The translations under genes were made by a program, and so were the position numbers. The notes under the pieces are model-generated. The model was not told the origin of the DNA. It searched no databases and saw nothing but the letters and a program-made list of their open reading frames with translations. From Bacillota bacterium (GTDB lineage Bacteria > Bacillota > JAAYKD01): a stretch of DNA of 64,000 nucleotides. Location: the NCBI GenBank assembly GCA_012522585.1, contig JAAYKD010000069.1, positions 1,602-65,601 of the forward strand, read 5' to 3'. Position 1 is the stretch's first letter, and each line of letters begins with the position of its first letter. This document shows, piece by piece, positions 30,811 through 41,411 of this stretch.

Positions 30811-30837
30811 TTAGCACTCGACCTTGCAGAGTGCTAA
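30811..30837. promoter_or_regulatory. CIRCE operator (HrcA binding site)
   Basis: Perfect inverted repeat TTAGCACTC-N9-GAGTGCTAA, located 34-60 bp upstream of the hrcA start. Confidence 0.95.
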
Positions 30838-30910
30838 CAACTCAAAGATACACCTTTTTTCTCTATTTGTCAAGGGGTTGCCAGGCAAAAGTCAGGAAAG
30901 GTCAAATAGG

Positions 30911-32065
30911 TCAGGGCAGAAACTTAATCATCACCTGATTGCTCACAGGTATGCCCTTTTCTGTCAGGCGAAAGACCTGGCCCTCAACCTCTTCAGCCAA
31001 ACCCGAAGAGATGGCCCAGTCTATCGCTTTTTCGTATTTAACCAAGAAATCAATTTGAAACCGCTCTTTCATTTTTTCGTAGCTGATGCCTTCTTGCAGG
31101 CGCAAAGCCATGATGATAGTTTCAGTTTCTTCTTGCTGGGGCGTAATCTTCTCAATTTCAGAAAAAACAGGTTGAAAATCCTCAGTCCAGGTTTTTATAT
31201 ACTCCCCTAAATCTAGAGTATTGCCTCTTCGCTCACCCTGCCAATAGGAAAAAGCTCCCACACCTAGGCCTAGATACTGCTGATTGCGCCAGTAGATAAG
31301 ATTGTGTTTCGACTCAAAACCTGGTTGAGCAAAATTTGCTATTTCGTAATGGCTATAATTTTCGGCTGCCAAGAGAGCTACTGCCATTTCAAGCATCTGG
31401 ACCTGCTCTTCCTCAGAAGGTAGTTCCAGCCGGCCTTGCTTTGCCAACTCAGCGAAGACCGTTCCCTCAGAAACCATCAGATTATAGAGAGAAAGATGAT
31501 TGGGTTTAAATTTTAAAACTAAACGAAGGCTTTCCTGCCATTGCTCCAAACTCTGTTGGGGCAAACCATAGATAAAATCCAAACTGAAATTTTCTACTTT
31601 CGCTCTTTTTAAATCCGCAATTGCCTCAACGGCCCTTTCACGATTATGGGTCCTGCCCATCTTTTCCAATAAACCCTGATCAAAACTCTGAACGCCTAAA
31701 GAAAATCGATTGACTCCTAAATCTTTAAGCTTAACAATCTTTTCAAAAGTCAAACTCTCAGGATTACACTCGATGGTAATCTCAGCAACGGGATTTATCT
31801 TGAATTTTTTAAACAAAGCCTGGAAAATTTCTTCCAGCTCTTCAATTTTTAAAAGAGAAGGAGTGCCGCCGCCGATGAAAACCGTATCAAAGACCTGGCC
31901 TGCATCCATGCTTTGACTATAATAATCCATCTCTTTGAGCAAAGCTTTAAGATACTCTCCAGTTTGATCATGATCACTTGGCAGAGAAAGAAAATCACAA
32001 TAAAAGCACTTTTGTTGGCAAAAAGGGATGTGGATATAGAGACCTGTCATAATTTCTTCCTCCAA
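30911..32065 (-). CDS. hemW: Radical-SAM heme chaperone HemW (HemN-like, oxygen-independent coproporphyrinogen oxidase family)
   Basis: CQQKCFYCDF radical-SAM motif. The GGGTPS block. Conserved lepA-hemW-hrcA synteny. Confidence 0.88.
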   Translation of the reverse strand: MEEEIMTGLYIHIPFCQQKCFYCDFLSLPSDHDQTGEYLKALLKEMDYYSQSMDAGQVFDTVFIGGGTPSLLKIEELEEIFQALFKKFKINPVAEITIECNPESLTFEKIVKLKDLGVNRFSLGVQSFDQGLLEKMGRTHNRERAVEAIADLKRAKVENFSLDFIYGLPQQSLEQWQESLRLVLKFKPNHLSLYNLMVSEGTVFAELAKQGRLELPSEEEQVQMLEMAVALLAAENYSHYEIANFAQPGFESKHNLIYWRNQQYLGLGVGAFSYWQGERRGNTLDLGEYIKTWTEDFQPVFSEIEKITPQQEETETIIMALRLQEGISYEKMKERFQIDFLVKYEKAIDWAISSGLAEEVEGQVFRLTEKGIPVSNQVMIKFLP

Positions 32066-32113
32066 TCAAAAAACCGTACTCTTAATTTATACAATCTGAG
32101 CACGGTTTAATTT

Positions 32114-33916
32114 TTATTTCTCGATTTTCAAAACTGCCATAAAGGCGTCTTGGGGTAATTCTACGTTTCCGACTAGGCGCATTCTCTTCTTACCCTCTTT
32201 TTGCTTTTCTAAAAGTTTACGTTTACGAGAAACATCTCCCCCGTAGCATTTGGCCAAAACATCTTTACGATAAGCTGCGATATTCTCTCTGGCTATGATC
32301 TTATTACCTAAAGCTGCTTGAATTGGTATTTCAAATTGTTGTCTTGGTATGACCTTGCGCAGACGCTCACATAGAGCCCTGCCTCTGGGAACGGCCTTTT
32401 CTCTATGGACGATAACCGCCAAAGCATCAATTGCATCACCGGCAACTAAAATATCCATCTTGACCAAATCGGCTGCTTTATACTCGGACATTTCATAATC
32501 TAAGGAAGCATAACCCCGGGTCCGTGATTTCAATTGGTCGAAGAAATCATAGATAATCTCGGAAAGAGGGAGTTCATAGAGCAACAAAACTCTATGGGGA
32601 TCTAAGTACTCCATGTGGTCAAAGACTCCTCTTCTCTCTATAACCAAATCCATAACTGTTCCTATATATGTATCGGGAGTCAAAATCGTAGCTTTCACAT
32701 AGGGTTCTTCAATTATTTCGATTTCATTGGGTTCAGGAACTTGAGCCGGATTATCTAAGGTCAGGACTTCACCGTTGGTCTTGGTCACCCGATAGATAAC
32801 CGTCGGAGCAGTTGTGATAATATCCAAATTATAATGCCTGTCCAAACGTTCCTGCACAATTTCCAGATGCAATAGGCCTAAAAAGCCACAGCGGTAGCCG
32901 AAGCCCAAGGCTGCCGATGTTTCCGTTTCATAGGAAAGAGAAGCATCGTTTAACTGTAGTTTTTCTAAAGCATCTCTTAAAGCTGGGTAATCTGAAGTTT
33001 CAGTGGGATAGATACCACAAAAGACCATAGGAGTGGCCTGACGATAGCCGGGTAAAGGCTCCTGGGCAGGTCGATCGGCATCGGTGATTGTATCTCCAAC
33101 CCGGGTATCCTGAACAGTTCTGATGGTTGCAGCCAAATAGCCGACTTCTCCGGCTCTCAATTCATCTAAAGGCTGCATACCTGGCCGGAATGTACCGACC
33201 TCTAAAACTTCATAGACCTTATCGGTAGCCATCAACAAAATCCGCATTCCAGCTTTCAAAGTTCCATGCATGACCCTGATATAACAGATTACCCCACGAT
33301 AATTATCATAATGAGAATCGAAAATCAGAGCTTGCAAAGGTTCTTCTTCATCGCCTTGGGGAGCTGGAATCAAATTGACGATCTGTTCTAAAATCTCCGG
33401 GATGCCTGTTCCATCTTTAGCTGAAGCTAAAACAGCATCGCTACAATCAATGCCTATGACCTCTTCAACTTCCTTTTTAACCCTCTCCGGATCGGCGCTG
33501 GGCAGGTCAATTTTATTGATCACCGGAATAATTTCCAAGTCCTGTTCCAAGGCCAGATAAACATTGGCTAAAGTCTGAGCTTCTATACCTTGAGTAGCAT
33601 CAATAACCAGAATAACACCTTCGCAGGCGTTTAAAGAACGAGAAACTTCATAGCTAAAATCCACATGTCCGGGAGTATCTATCAAGTTCAATTGATAGGT
33701 CTGGCCATCCTTAGCCTGATATTTCATACGCACCGGTTTGAGCTTTATGGTGATGCCTCTTTCTCTTTCCAAATCCATGGAATCCAAAATCTGTTTTTCC
33801 ATTTCCCTGGAACTCAAAGTCTCGGTATGTTCGATTAGCCTGTCGGCTAGAGTTGATTTTCCATGGTCAATATGGGCAATAATACAAAAATTGCGAATGT
33901 TTTCCATGTGGTTCAC
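32114..33916 (-). CDS. lepA: Elongation factor 4 (LepA)
   Basis: GTPase G1 [17 protein letters not shown], and the LepA-specific C-terminal domain. 600 aa. Confidence 0.97.
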   Translation of the reverse strand: MNHMENIRNFCIIAHIDHGKSTLADRLIEHTETLSSREMEKQILDSMDLERERGITIKLKPVRMKYQAKDGQTYQLNLIDTPGHVDFSYEVSRSLNACEGVILVIDATQGIEAQTLANVYLALEQDLEIIPVINKIDLPSADPERVKKEVEEVIGIDCSDAVLASAKDGTGIPEILEQIVNLIPAPQGDEEEPLQALIFDSHYDNYRGVICYIRVMHGTLKAGMRILLMATDKVYEVLEVGTFRPGMQPLDELRAGEVGYLAATIRTVQDTRVGDTITDADRPAQEPLPGYRQATPMVFCGIYPTETSDYPALRDALEKLQLNDASLSYETETSAALGFGYRCGFLGLLHLEIVQERLDRHYNLDIITTAPTVIYRVTKTNGEVLTLDNPAQVPEPNEIEIIEEPYVKATILTPDTYIGTVMDLVIERRGVFDHMEYLDPHRVLLLYELPLSEIIYDFFDQLKSRTRGYASLDYEMSEYKAADLVKMDILVAGDAIDALAVIVHREKAVPRGRALCERLRKVIPRQQFEIPIQAALGNKIIARENIAAYRKDVLAKCYGGDVSRKRKLLEKQKEGKKRMRLVGNVELPQDAFMAVLKIEK

Positions 33917-33942
33917 TAATTTTCCTACTTTCTAAATCAATC

Positions 33943-34581
33943 TTAACGGCGCATGCCGCTGCTCAGCAGACTGAGCAAATAATCCAATTGAACATCTATG
34001 GCTTGTTCATCTCGACTGCCCAAAAAATTGCTCTTAGGCAAGGCAAAGTCTGACAAGTTTAACATAACATGGTTGATCAAGCGGCCCATGACCTCAATAG
34101 GCAAATCCCTACGCAACTCACCTCGGGCTATGGCTTGTTCAATCATGTGAATATAATAATCCAAACCTTCTATGGAATAGTGTTTGGCTATCTCTATTTG
34201 CAATTCTTCCGGCTCACTGCGCACCTGGCGCAAAAAGGCAGCTTCTATAGGGTGAGCATCAGCAAAATCTAAGATCAATCTGCCTTGAACTTTCAGAAGA
34301 ATAAAAAAATCCAAGCGACCGACAGGTCTGATTTCCTGAAATCGCTTTTCAGCAAATTCAGCTTGTACAGCCGCCACTTTAGTCAGGGTACGCAGATAGA
34401 GTTCCAATTTATCCTTAAAATGATGGTAAAAACTACCTTTGGAAACTTTGGCCTTTTTTAATATCTCATTGATCGAGGCTGTCTGATAGCTGTTCTCAGC
34501 AAACTCTTCGATTGCTTCCAGATAGAGCTGTTTTTCATTTTTCAAACCTTCAGGTCTAGGAGCCACTGCAAACCCTCCCAA
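33943..34581 (-). CDS. TetR/AcrR family transcriptional regulator
   Basis: HTH region GSFYHHFKDKLELY. Confidence 0.8.
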   Translation of the reverse strand: MGGFAVAPRPEGLKNEKQLYLEAIEEFAENSYQTASINEILKKAKVSKGSFYHHFKDKLELYLRTLTKVAAVQAEFAEKRFQEIRPVGRLDFFILLKVQGRLILDFADAHPIEAAFLRQVRSEPEELQIEIAKHYSIEGLDYYIHMIEQAIARGELRRDLPIEVMGRLINHVMLNLSDFALPKSNFLGSRDEQAIDVQLDYLLSLLSSGMRR

Positions 34582-34897
34582 TAATTTAAAATTTACAGTC
34601 CATTATAACACTTTAATCTCAGTAATGCCAGAGCCGCCTTTTTAATTCAAAGATTTTTCTTCCATCAAGCCTTGACAAAGCGCTTCTTTTTCTTTACTCT
34701 AACTAAGGCTTTGTTCATATAAGGCCCCTTGCTCTAGAAAATTACTGAATGTGACAAATTTTCCAAGCAAAAAAATCTATCTAAATGACATTTTCAACTT
34801 GCCAAAGATTATATTACATGTTACAATTACTGATGTTATTTATCCAATGAATACTGCTGCCAAGCATTTATACGGATAGAACCCGTGAACGAAGGAG

Positions 34898-35170
34898 GTG
34901 AAACGCATGGCCAACAGTAGATCTGCTTTAAAGCGTGTGAGAATCACCGCCAAGAAAACTGCGCGCAATAAAATTCTTCGATCCAAAGTGAAAAATTCTA
35001 TCCGCAGACATAAGCTAGCTATTTTAAATGAAAGCGAAGATGTTGATACAACATACAAACAAGCGATGAGCCAAATCGACCGCGCCGTTTCCAAAGGGAT
35101 TATGCATAGAAATACAGCAGCCCGGAAGAAATCCCGTTTAACCAAAGCATATAATAAGGTCAGCGTTTAA
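34898..35170 (+). CDS. rpsT: 30S ribosomal protein S20
   Basis: MANSRSALKRVRITAKKTARNK.. is a canonical S20 N-terminus. Confidence 0.95.
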   Translation: MKRMANSRSALKRVRITAKKTARNKILRSKVKNSIRRHKLAILNESEDVDTTYKQAMSQIDRAVSKGIMHRNTAARKKSRLTKAYNKVSV

Positions 35171-35182
35171 GCCGAATAAAAT

Positions 35183-35222
35183 TAAGCGCCTAATCTTTTG
35201 ATTGGGCGCTTTTTTATTTTTA
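35183..35222 (+). terminator. Intrinsic terminator after rpsT
   Basis: AAGCGCCTAATC..GATTGGGCGCTT followed by TTTTTATTTTT. Confidence 0.8.
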
Positions 35223-35225
35223 AAC

Positions 35226-36269
35226 TTATTGAACCGAAGCTATAACCTGACTTAAGAAAAACTCCAAGGCCAATCTCCTGTCTCTTTTCCCTGACAGAAT
35301 GGCATCTTCCGTCTCACTCAAAGCAAACAATAAATTGTTCAAAGAGGATGTGGAAAAGACTCTGCTCTGAATAAGGGATTGCTTGACTAGATAGCTGTGT
35401 AGAGAAAGCTTCTTAGCCATAGCAGCCTCAGTCAGGCCTGATTCTCGCAAAACCTTGACTCTGGATAAGCGGCGCAATTGGAAGCGCAAAGCCCCCAAAA
35501 TTCGCATGGGCTCTTGGTTTTGATCTAAAATTTTACTCAGAATCTTCTGGGCTTGTTCATTCTCCTTTTTGGCTATTAAATCAATAATCTCAAAAACATT
35601 GGCTTCAACCCCTTCGGAAAGAAAAGGCAGAGCCTCTGGCAGAGTAATCACTTTGTTTTTAGGAAAATTCAAAGCCAGTTTGCTGATTTCGTTTTGAGCT
35701 ATGCCCAATTGATTATCTGCAATCAGAGCAAGATGAGCAATCAGTCGAAACTCCCCTTTTAATCCTTGAGCCGCCATTATATCTTGAACTGCCCGAGTCA
35801 TATCCTGGCCTTTTAGCTGAGAGCATTGAACATAGGTTCCTATTTCTAAAACCTTGCGGACCAGACGTCGGCGCCTATCCAAATTAGCATAGTCATAGAA
35901 GACTAAGATATGGTCCCTTTGTTCAAACAATTGAAGCCATGTTTCTTCTTGGTCAAGATTGCTCTTACCCTGACTTTGCTGATCATTGTTCTCTTTGCTT
36001 CTACTGCCACTTTTAAATAAGGGTGAGCCTTCTATGAGAATAACTTTTCCCTCACCTAAAAGCCCTAATTGTAGATTAGCCTCAAGCTGAGCCGGAGTTA
36101 AATCTTCTCCATCCAACTTCAGAACATTATAAAGCCGCTCCTCCAAAGGAATTGTTTCCTGTAATGCCTGGATTGCCTGAGAGACTTGCCAAGTATCATC
36201 ACCATAAACAAGATAGAGATTGGAAACCTTTCCCGATTTTATTTGCCTCTGCAATTGCCGAAAATCCAT
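35226..36269 (-). CDS. holA: DNA polymerase III delta subunit
   Basis: Length and domain pattern of HolA. Conserved comEC-holA / rpsT arrangement as in Bacillus. Confidence 0.8.
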   Translation of the reverse strand: MDFRQLQRQIKSGKVSNLYLVYGDDTWQVSQAIQALQETIPLEERLYNVLKLDGEDLTPAQLEANLQLGLLGEGKVILIEGSPLFKSGSRSKENNDQQSQGKSNLDQEETWLQLFEQRDHILVFYDYANLDRRRRLVRKVLEIGTYVQCSQLKGQDMTRAVQDIMAAQGLKGEFRLIAHLALIADNQLGIAQNEISKLALNFPKNKVITLPEALPFLSEGVEANVFEIIDLIAKKENEQAQKILSKILDQNQEPMRILGALRFQLRRLSRVKVLRESGLTEAAMAKKLSLHSYLVKQSLIQSRVFSTSSLNNLLFALSETEDAILSGKRDRRLALEFFLSQVIASVQ

Positions 36270-36340
36270 AGCCTCACCTACTTTCTTTACTGGTATTCTT
36301 TTTTAAAGCAGCAAATACCTTTTAAATAGCTTTCAAGGTA

Positions 36341-36765
36341 GGCAGGTTCACCAGGTCCAGTAACGGCCATTGCTTTGGCAGATGGTTCCCCTTTGAGCTG
36401 CCCTAGTCAAAACTAGGCTATGGTCAGCAGGTTCGCCAAGTCTAGTAACGGCCATTGCTTTGGCAGATGATTCCCCTTTGAGCTGCCCTAGTCAAAGCTA
36501 GGCTATGGTCAGCAAGTTCGCCAAGTCCAGTAGCGACCGTTGCTTTGGCAAATGATTCCCCTTTGAGCTGCCCCAGTCAAAGCTAGGCCATGGTCAACAG
36601 GTTCGCCAAGTCCAGTAACGGCCATTGCTTTGGCAGATGATACCTCCTTTGAGCTGCCCTAGTCAAAACTAGGCTACGGTAAACAGGTTCGCCAAGTCCA
36701 GTAACGGCCATTGCTTTGGCAGATGATACCTCCTTGGGCAGCCGTAGTCAAAACTATGCTATTGT
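36341..36765. repeat. About five tandem copies of an approximately 85-bp unit. The last copy supplies the final roughly 20 codons and stop of comEC.
   Basis: Unit ggtcagcaggttcgccaagtccagtaacggccattgctttggcagatgattcccctttgagctgccctagtcaaagctaggctat recurs at about 36343, 36428, 36513, 36598 and 36684 with point differences. Each unit contains the small hairpin CTAGTCAAAACTAG. Confidence 0.9.
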
Positions 36766-39022
36766 GCCTTTTTAAAATTTCCAATGTGGAATCGGCCGGA
36801 TGATTATATCGGTTGTTAACAGCGACGGAGATGATGGAGATCTCCGGTGTAATTTTACCGAGAAATTCAGGGCTGCAAGAACTGGCTCCCCCGTGATGGG
36901 AAACTTTAAAGAGGGTTTGGGCTTCTATAGCTCTGATTTTTGGCAAAAGGGCGAATTCCCCTTCCCTTTCCAGATCTCCAGCAAGCCACAAATCCGTTCC
37001 TTGATAGACTAGATGGATAACTAAAGAGTCATCATTGCCTCCATCTTTAAAAACCTGAGATTGCACTACTTCGATGCTAACATCCTTGTCTAAAACTATT
37101 TGATCCCCTTCAAACAAGAGGATCTTTTGGCTTTCCGGCTGTTGGCTCAGCCAATCGGTCAATTCTGCAGGTAAATTCGTTAAATCTGCCAGGCCGTGTA
37201 AAAACTTTTTGTAAGGAAGTTTATCTCCCACTTGAATTAAGCCTTGAAAATGGTCTGAGTGGCCATGACTCAATAACAGAACATCCAGACTATTCAATCC
37301 CAATCTTTTCAAATAGGGAAGCACCGTCTTCTTTCCAATTTCACTGCTGCCAGTACCCGAGCCTCCTCCATCCACTAGGATGGTTTTTCCATTGGGCAAA
37401 CGCAAAAAAATACAATCACCTTGGCCAACATCGATCATATGAACTTCCAATTTATAGGGCCAAGGATGCCAACAGAGCAGGGCTAAAATGAGAAGGAAAG
37501 ACAGAGCTGTTTTTTTAACCAGGCTTTTATACTTAGGTAAAATCCCTGAGCTCAGGAAAAACAAGAAGATATAGGCCAAGTAGACGACTGACAAGCTGGG
37601 TTTGGGTAAATATAATGAAGACATAGGCAAGGAAGCAAAGAGACTTCCCGTTTTGATCAACAGCCAAGCATAGGCTTCGGCCAATCCGTAGAGCCAAAAG
37701 AACAAAGAGCTAAAAGGGATGCTCAACCATAATAAAAGCAATAAAGGCATGGCGGGAATGATCAAAGGAGTAAAAACTAAATTGCTCAAAGGAGCGATTA
37801 AAGACACTTCCTGAAAATAATAGAGACTTAGTGGAAGGACACCGATTTGAGCTGCCAGAGTGGCAGCCATAGGAAAGATCAAAAAATCAGCTAACTTCAA
37901 TCGCTTTTTTAAAGCTGTGGAAATAGGTCTGGTGAAAACAAAAAGACCCCAGACTGCACATAAGGAAAGGAGAAAACCCGTTTCAAAGAGTAAATTAGGC
38001 CAAAGCGGCAGGAGAATCAAAAGCATCAAGGCTAATATTGTAGACCAATGGGTTCGCCTCAAGATTATTTTAGCTGAGAAAACGATGATGGCCATGATTC
38101 CGGCTCGAACAACCGAAGGTTCCAATTCTGTCAAGAGCATAAAAAACATTATTAAGGCCAGATAGAGAAAATATTCCGACTTTCTACTTAAAAGAAGTCT
38201 GTTTAAAAACAAGCCCAACCCCACAATGAAAAAAGCGACATTGCCCCCGGAGACTGCCAGAAGATGCAGAAGACCTGCCTTTTGAAAATTTTCAATTAAG
38301 TCTTCGGCCAAATCATCTGCCACCCCAAATGACAAGCTCATCAAAAGAGAAGCGGTCTCCTCTTGCAGCTTAGGGTTTCCATCTTGCCCCTTAGAGTAAA
38401 GAGCCATGTAGAGATTTCTTCTCAATTTCCAGATAGATGCTAGAGGGTCGGTCAAGGTTGGCCCTCCCAAGGTTTTTCCCTCCTGAGCAAAAAAGCGAGC
38501 CACAATATTCTTTCTTTTCTGAATTAAATCCCAATTGGGATCTCCGAAATTTACTCTGCCCCCCTGCAGTCCCAAGCTACCCTTAAGCCAGATAAAGGTG
38601 CCTGGAGGATATAGTTGATCTTCCTTGTTCTCCAGATAGACATCGACTTTACCACCCTGAGAGTGCCAAGAATTTTCCTTTAAAATAGAAAACTCCTCTA
38701 ACTGAAAGCGCCATCTGTTTTGATTGTCCTTAAAAGGAAAGCCGCTGACCCGTCCTTGAATTTCTATTGTTTGATCCGTAGGGATTGAATCCAACCTTTT
38801 CGCTTTTTTAAATTCATGGAGGGAATAAATGGAATAGCCTAAAATCATGAAAACTAAGAAAATTGCTACTGTCTTTCTATCTCTATAGAGAGCCAAGATA
38901 ATTAAGAGAAAAGATAGAACTATCAAAAAAGGCAAATAGGAGAAACCGTATCTTTGCTCTCCTAAAGCAATTCCCAAAGCCATAGCCGCAGCTGCGACTA
39001 TGGGCTTTTTAATTCTTTTCAT
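36674..39022 (-). CDS. comEC: DNA internalisation competence protein ComEC/Rec2 (with C-terminal metallo-beta-lactamase domain)
   Basis: Multi-TM competence domain. MBL motif HGHSDH. 782 aa. The C-terminal tail is encoded inside the tandem repeat. Confidence 0.92.
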   Translation of the reverse strand: MKRIKKPIVAAAAMALGIALGEQRYGFSYLPFLIVLSFLLIILALYRDRKTVAIFLVFMILGYSIYSLHEFKKAKRLDSIPTDQTIEIQGRVSGFPFKDNQNRWRFQLEEFSILKENSWHSQGGKVDVYLENKEDQLYPPGTFIWLKGSLGLQGGRVNFGDPNWDLIQKRKNIVARFFAQEGKTLGGPTLTDPLASIWKLRRNLYMALYSKGQDGNPKLQEETASLLMSLSFGVADDLAEDLIENFQKAGLLHLLAVSGGNVAFFIVGLGLFLNRLLLSRKSEYFLYLALIMFFMLLTELEPSVVRAGIMAIIVFSAKIILRRTHWSTILALMLLILLPLWPNLLFETGFLLSLCAVWGLFVFTRPISTALKKRLKLADFLIFPMAATLAAQIGVLPLSLYYFQEVSLIAPLSNLVFTPLIIPAMPLLLLLWLSIPFSSLFFWLYGLAEAYAWLLIKTGSLFASLPMSSLYLPKPSLSVVYLAYIFLFFLSSGILPKYKSLVKKTALSFLLILALLCWHPWPYKLEVHMIDVGQGDCIFLRLPNGKTILVDGGGSGTGSSEIGKKTVLPYLKRLGLNSLDVLLLSHGHSDHFQGLIQVGDKLPYKKFLHGLADLTNLPAELTDWLSQQPESQKILLFEGDQIVLDKDVSIEVVQSQVFKDGGNDDSLVIHLVYQGTDLWLAGDLEREGEFALLPKIRAIEAQTLFKVSHHGGASSCSPEFLGKITPEISIISVAVNNRYNHPADSTLEILKRHNSIVLTTAAQGGIICQSNGRYWTWRTCLP

Positions 39023-39621
39023 CTGACTTTAATCTGATCTTTAATGGCGGAGAAGATGCCTTCAGCTATGCCGGGAACATTCATCAAATCCTCAATGGCC
39101 TGAAATTTGCCCTGTTTATCCCGATAGTTGATGATGGCTCGAGCTCTGGTTTCACCGATTTGACTGAGAGTCATCAATTGGCTTAGATCTGCCTGATTGA
39201 TATCCACCTTGCCATCGTCTAGATTGACTACAGTCAAGTCGTCTTCTGTGTAACTGGGCACATAATAACGACAGCCATCCTGCAAAACCATGGCTAAATT
39301 CAACCTGTCTAAATCTGCGTCCTCTTTAGCTCCTCCAACTGAAATCAGGGCTTCTCCCAGGCGCAATTCCTTCTTTATTCTGACCAGGCCAGGCTTTAAA
39401 ACGGCTCCGGCTATATGAACCACAATCTCCTCTTCACTCTCTTGCACCACTTCTTTTAATTCACCGCTTGTTTGCTCATTGACTAATTGAATTTGACCTT
39501 CTGCGGGAATTATATTAAAGCTCTGCTCCTTTTTCTGCCATTGCCAAAATCCAAAGCTGCATATGAAAATACCCAAACCCAAGCCTAGGCAAAGGTAATG
39601 AAGATTAGTCATTTTTTTCAT
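39019..39621 (-). CDS. comEA: Competence protein ComEA (SLBB + helix-hairpin-helix DNA-binding domains)
   Basis: N-terminal TM segment, SLBB domain (VHIAGAVLKPGLVRI), and a C-terminal HhH pair (INQADLSQLMTLSQIGETRARAII). Confidence 0.9.
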   Translation of the reverse strand: MKKMTNLHYLCLGLGLGIFICSFGFWQWQKKEQSFNIIPAEGQIQLVNEQTSGELKEVVQESEEEIVVHIAGAVLKPGLVRIKKELRLGEALISVGGAKEDADLDRLNLAMVLQDGCRYYVPSYTEDDLTVVNLDDGKVDINQADLSQLMTLSQIGETRARAIINYRDKQGKFQAIEDLMNVPGIAEGIFSAIKDQIKVR

Positions 39622-39950
39622 ATTTAGCTCCCCTTTTTTAGGGAGTTTTCAGCAATTTTCCCTTTTTTTCCTGCTTGCCCCCACCAGCCAGCCCAAGATT
39701 CAAAGCTGCAGACAAGAAGTTTTAAAGGAGATAATCATGTTTGGGACTTGAATATGCAAAGGAACAGCAATAATTCTGTTCTATTTTGATTTAAAGACCC
39801 AAAAGCAGCCATTCTGCTTTTTTTCACTGAAAAAAATGAAAAACTTAATTTATTTTGTGATTCAAATCTCTTTTTTTTCTTTGAGATCTATGATATAATA
39901 CTTTTTGGTAATCAATTTACCAGAGTATAGACAAAAGGGAGCGATTTATC

Positions 39951-40151
39951 ATGATCGACAAAAACATCAATATAGTTGAATTAATTCAAAAATACCCCCA
40001 AGCAGCCATGGTTTTAATGCAGTCTGGCATGGGTTGCATAGGCTGTGCAGCAGCTCAGTTCGAAACTTTAGAGCAAGGCTGTAATGCTCATGGCATCGAT
40101 GCCGACGCAATGGTCAAAAATTTAAATACAGTTTTAGGTTTGGATAAATAA
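39951..40151 (+). CDS. Small DUF1858-like protein (hybrid-cluster-protein-associated redox disulfide domain)
   Basis: 66 aa with paired Cys CIGCAA and the conserved ELIQKYPQAAMVLMQSGMGC pattern. Confidence 0.6.
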   Translation: MIDKNINIVELIQKYPQAAMVLMQSGMGCIGCAAAQFETLEQGCNAHGIDADAMVKNLNTVLGLDK

Positions 40152-40163
40152 GTCTAAAAAATT

Positions 40164-40200
40164 TAAGCCACCTTCTAAATTGAAGGTGGCTTGTTTTTTT
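40164..40200 (+). terminator. Intrinsic terminator
   Basis: AAGCCACCTTCTAAATTGAAGGTGGCTT followed by GTTTTTTT. Confidence 0.8.
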
Positions 40201-40227
40201 GGAATGAAATCTATTTTGTTTTTTTAT

Positions 40228-41262
40228 TTAGTCGTCGATCAGATAAGAATGAATTACTTTATAGGTGTTCTTCAATCCATCGATATGAGTTCTCTCGTAG
40301 CCATGAGAAGCATAAACACCAGGACCGATCAGACCGTGTCTGACATCAAAGCCTGCTCTTAATGTAACTTCTACGTCGGAACCATACATAGGATAAACGT
40401 CTAAAGCATAATCTGCTCCTGCTTTTTTAGCTGCAGCAATCAGTTCGTTGGTCAGATCGTAGTGATAGATACCGCCGGAATCCTTAGGACAGATTGAAAC
40501 CATACGCTCGGTGCATTTCAAGCCTTGGCCGACACAACCCATATCAACTGCGATAACATCTTCGATGATGTCAGGAATACCCGTAGCTCCTCCATGACCG
40601 ATTTCTTCAAACATGGTAAAGCTGAGCCAGGTGTTGCGCTTAGGTGTAACCTTCTCTTCGGCTAAGTATTTAGCAAAGGTCAGCAAAACTGCAGAGGATG
40701 CTTTATCGTCGAGGAAGCGGCTTTTAATATAGCCTTTAGAAGTAATTCTAAAACGAGGTTCCAGACAGATGAAGTCTCCGTGTTGGATTCCAAGAGCCTC
40801 AGTATCAGCTGCAGAGGTGACAAATTCATCTAAGAGCACTTCAACATTATCTCTGAAATTACGAGGGTTATTGACATTGGGGTTGACATGAGTGGAAGCA
40901 TTGGCTACTTGTAAGGTGCCTTCATATTCTTGACCGTCTCTGGTAATGACTATGACATTTTCTGTTTCCGTATTGTTGGGGTTTAAGCCGCCAATATTGC
41001 TGAGCATCAAAGCTCCGCTGCTTTTAATTGTAGCGACTGCTCCGCCCAGAGTATCGACGTGGCCAAAGAACATGACCGGTGAACCTTCCCCGCCCAAATC
41101 AACGGTAACTCCGCCTTTGCGCAAGGTGTTGGGCTCATAACCCATTCCTCTCAATTCTTTGAGCAAAAATTCAGTAATCCTACCGGTGTAACCTGAGGGG
41201 CTAGGGATTTCTAACAATCTTTCTAAAACATCCAGCATATAATCCACATACTTCTGTTCCAT
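40228..41262 (-). CDS. M42-family (FrvX/YsdC-like) metallo-aminopeptidase
   Basis: M42 peptidase domain order and conserved His/Asp/Glu ligand blocks (..FFGHVDTLG.., ..EEIGHGGA..). Confidence 0.75.
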   Translation of the reverse strand: MEQKYVDYMLDVLERLLEIPSPSGYTGRITEFLLKELRGMGYEPNTLRKGGVTVDLGGEGSPVMFFGHVDTLGGAVATIKSSGALMLSNIGGLNPNNTETENVIVITRDGQEYEGTLQVANASTHVNPNVNNPRNFRDNVEVLLDEFVTSAADTEALGIQHGDFICLEPRFRITSKGYIKSRFLDDKASSAVLLTFAKYLAEEKVTPKRNTWLSFTMFEEIGHGGATGIPDIIEDVIAVDMGCVGQGLKCTERMVSICPKDSGGIYHYDLTNELIAAAKKAGADYALDVYPMYGSDVEVTLRAGFDVRHGLIGPGVYASHGYERTHIDGLKNTYKVIHSYLIDD

Positions 41263-41411
41263 GACATTGCCTCCTTTTATTAGTATCTTTATTGTATCAT
41301 TGCTGGAAATTTATGTAAAGACAGATTAAAGTGCTTCCAGCCGGAGCAGGAAAAAGAGCAGGTCAACAGGAATTAGTTAAAATAATGAACTCTTTAAGAA
41401 AGGAGGATCTC

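Noticed and set aside
34840-35145. 101-aa minus-strand ORF
   Set aside because: It is fully antisense to rpsT, a highly conserved gene with a clear RBS and terminator. It is a shadow ORF.
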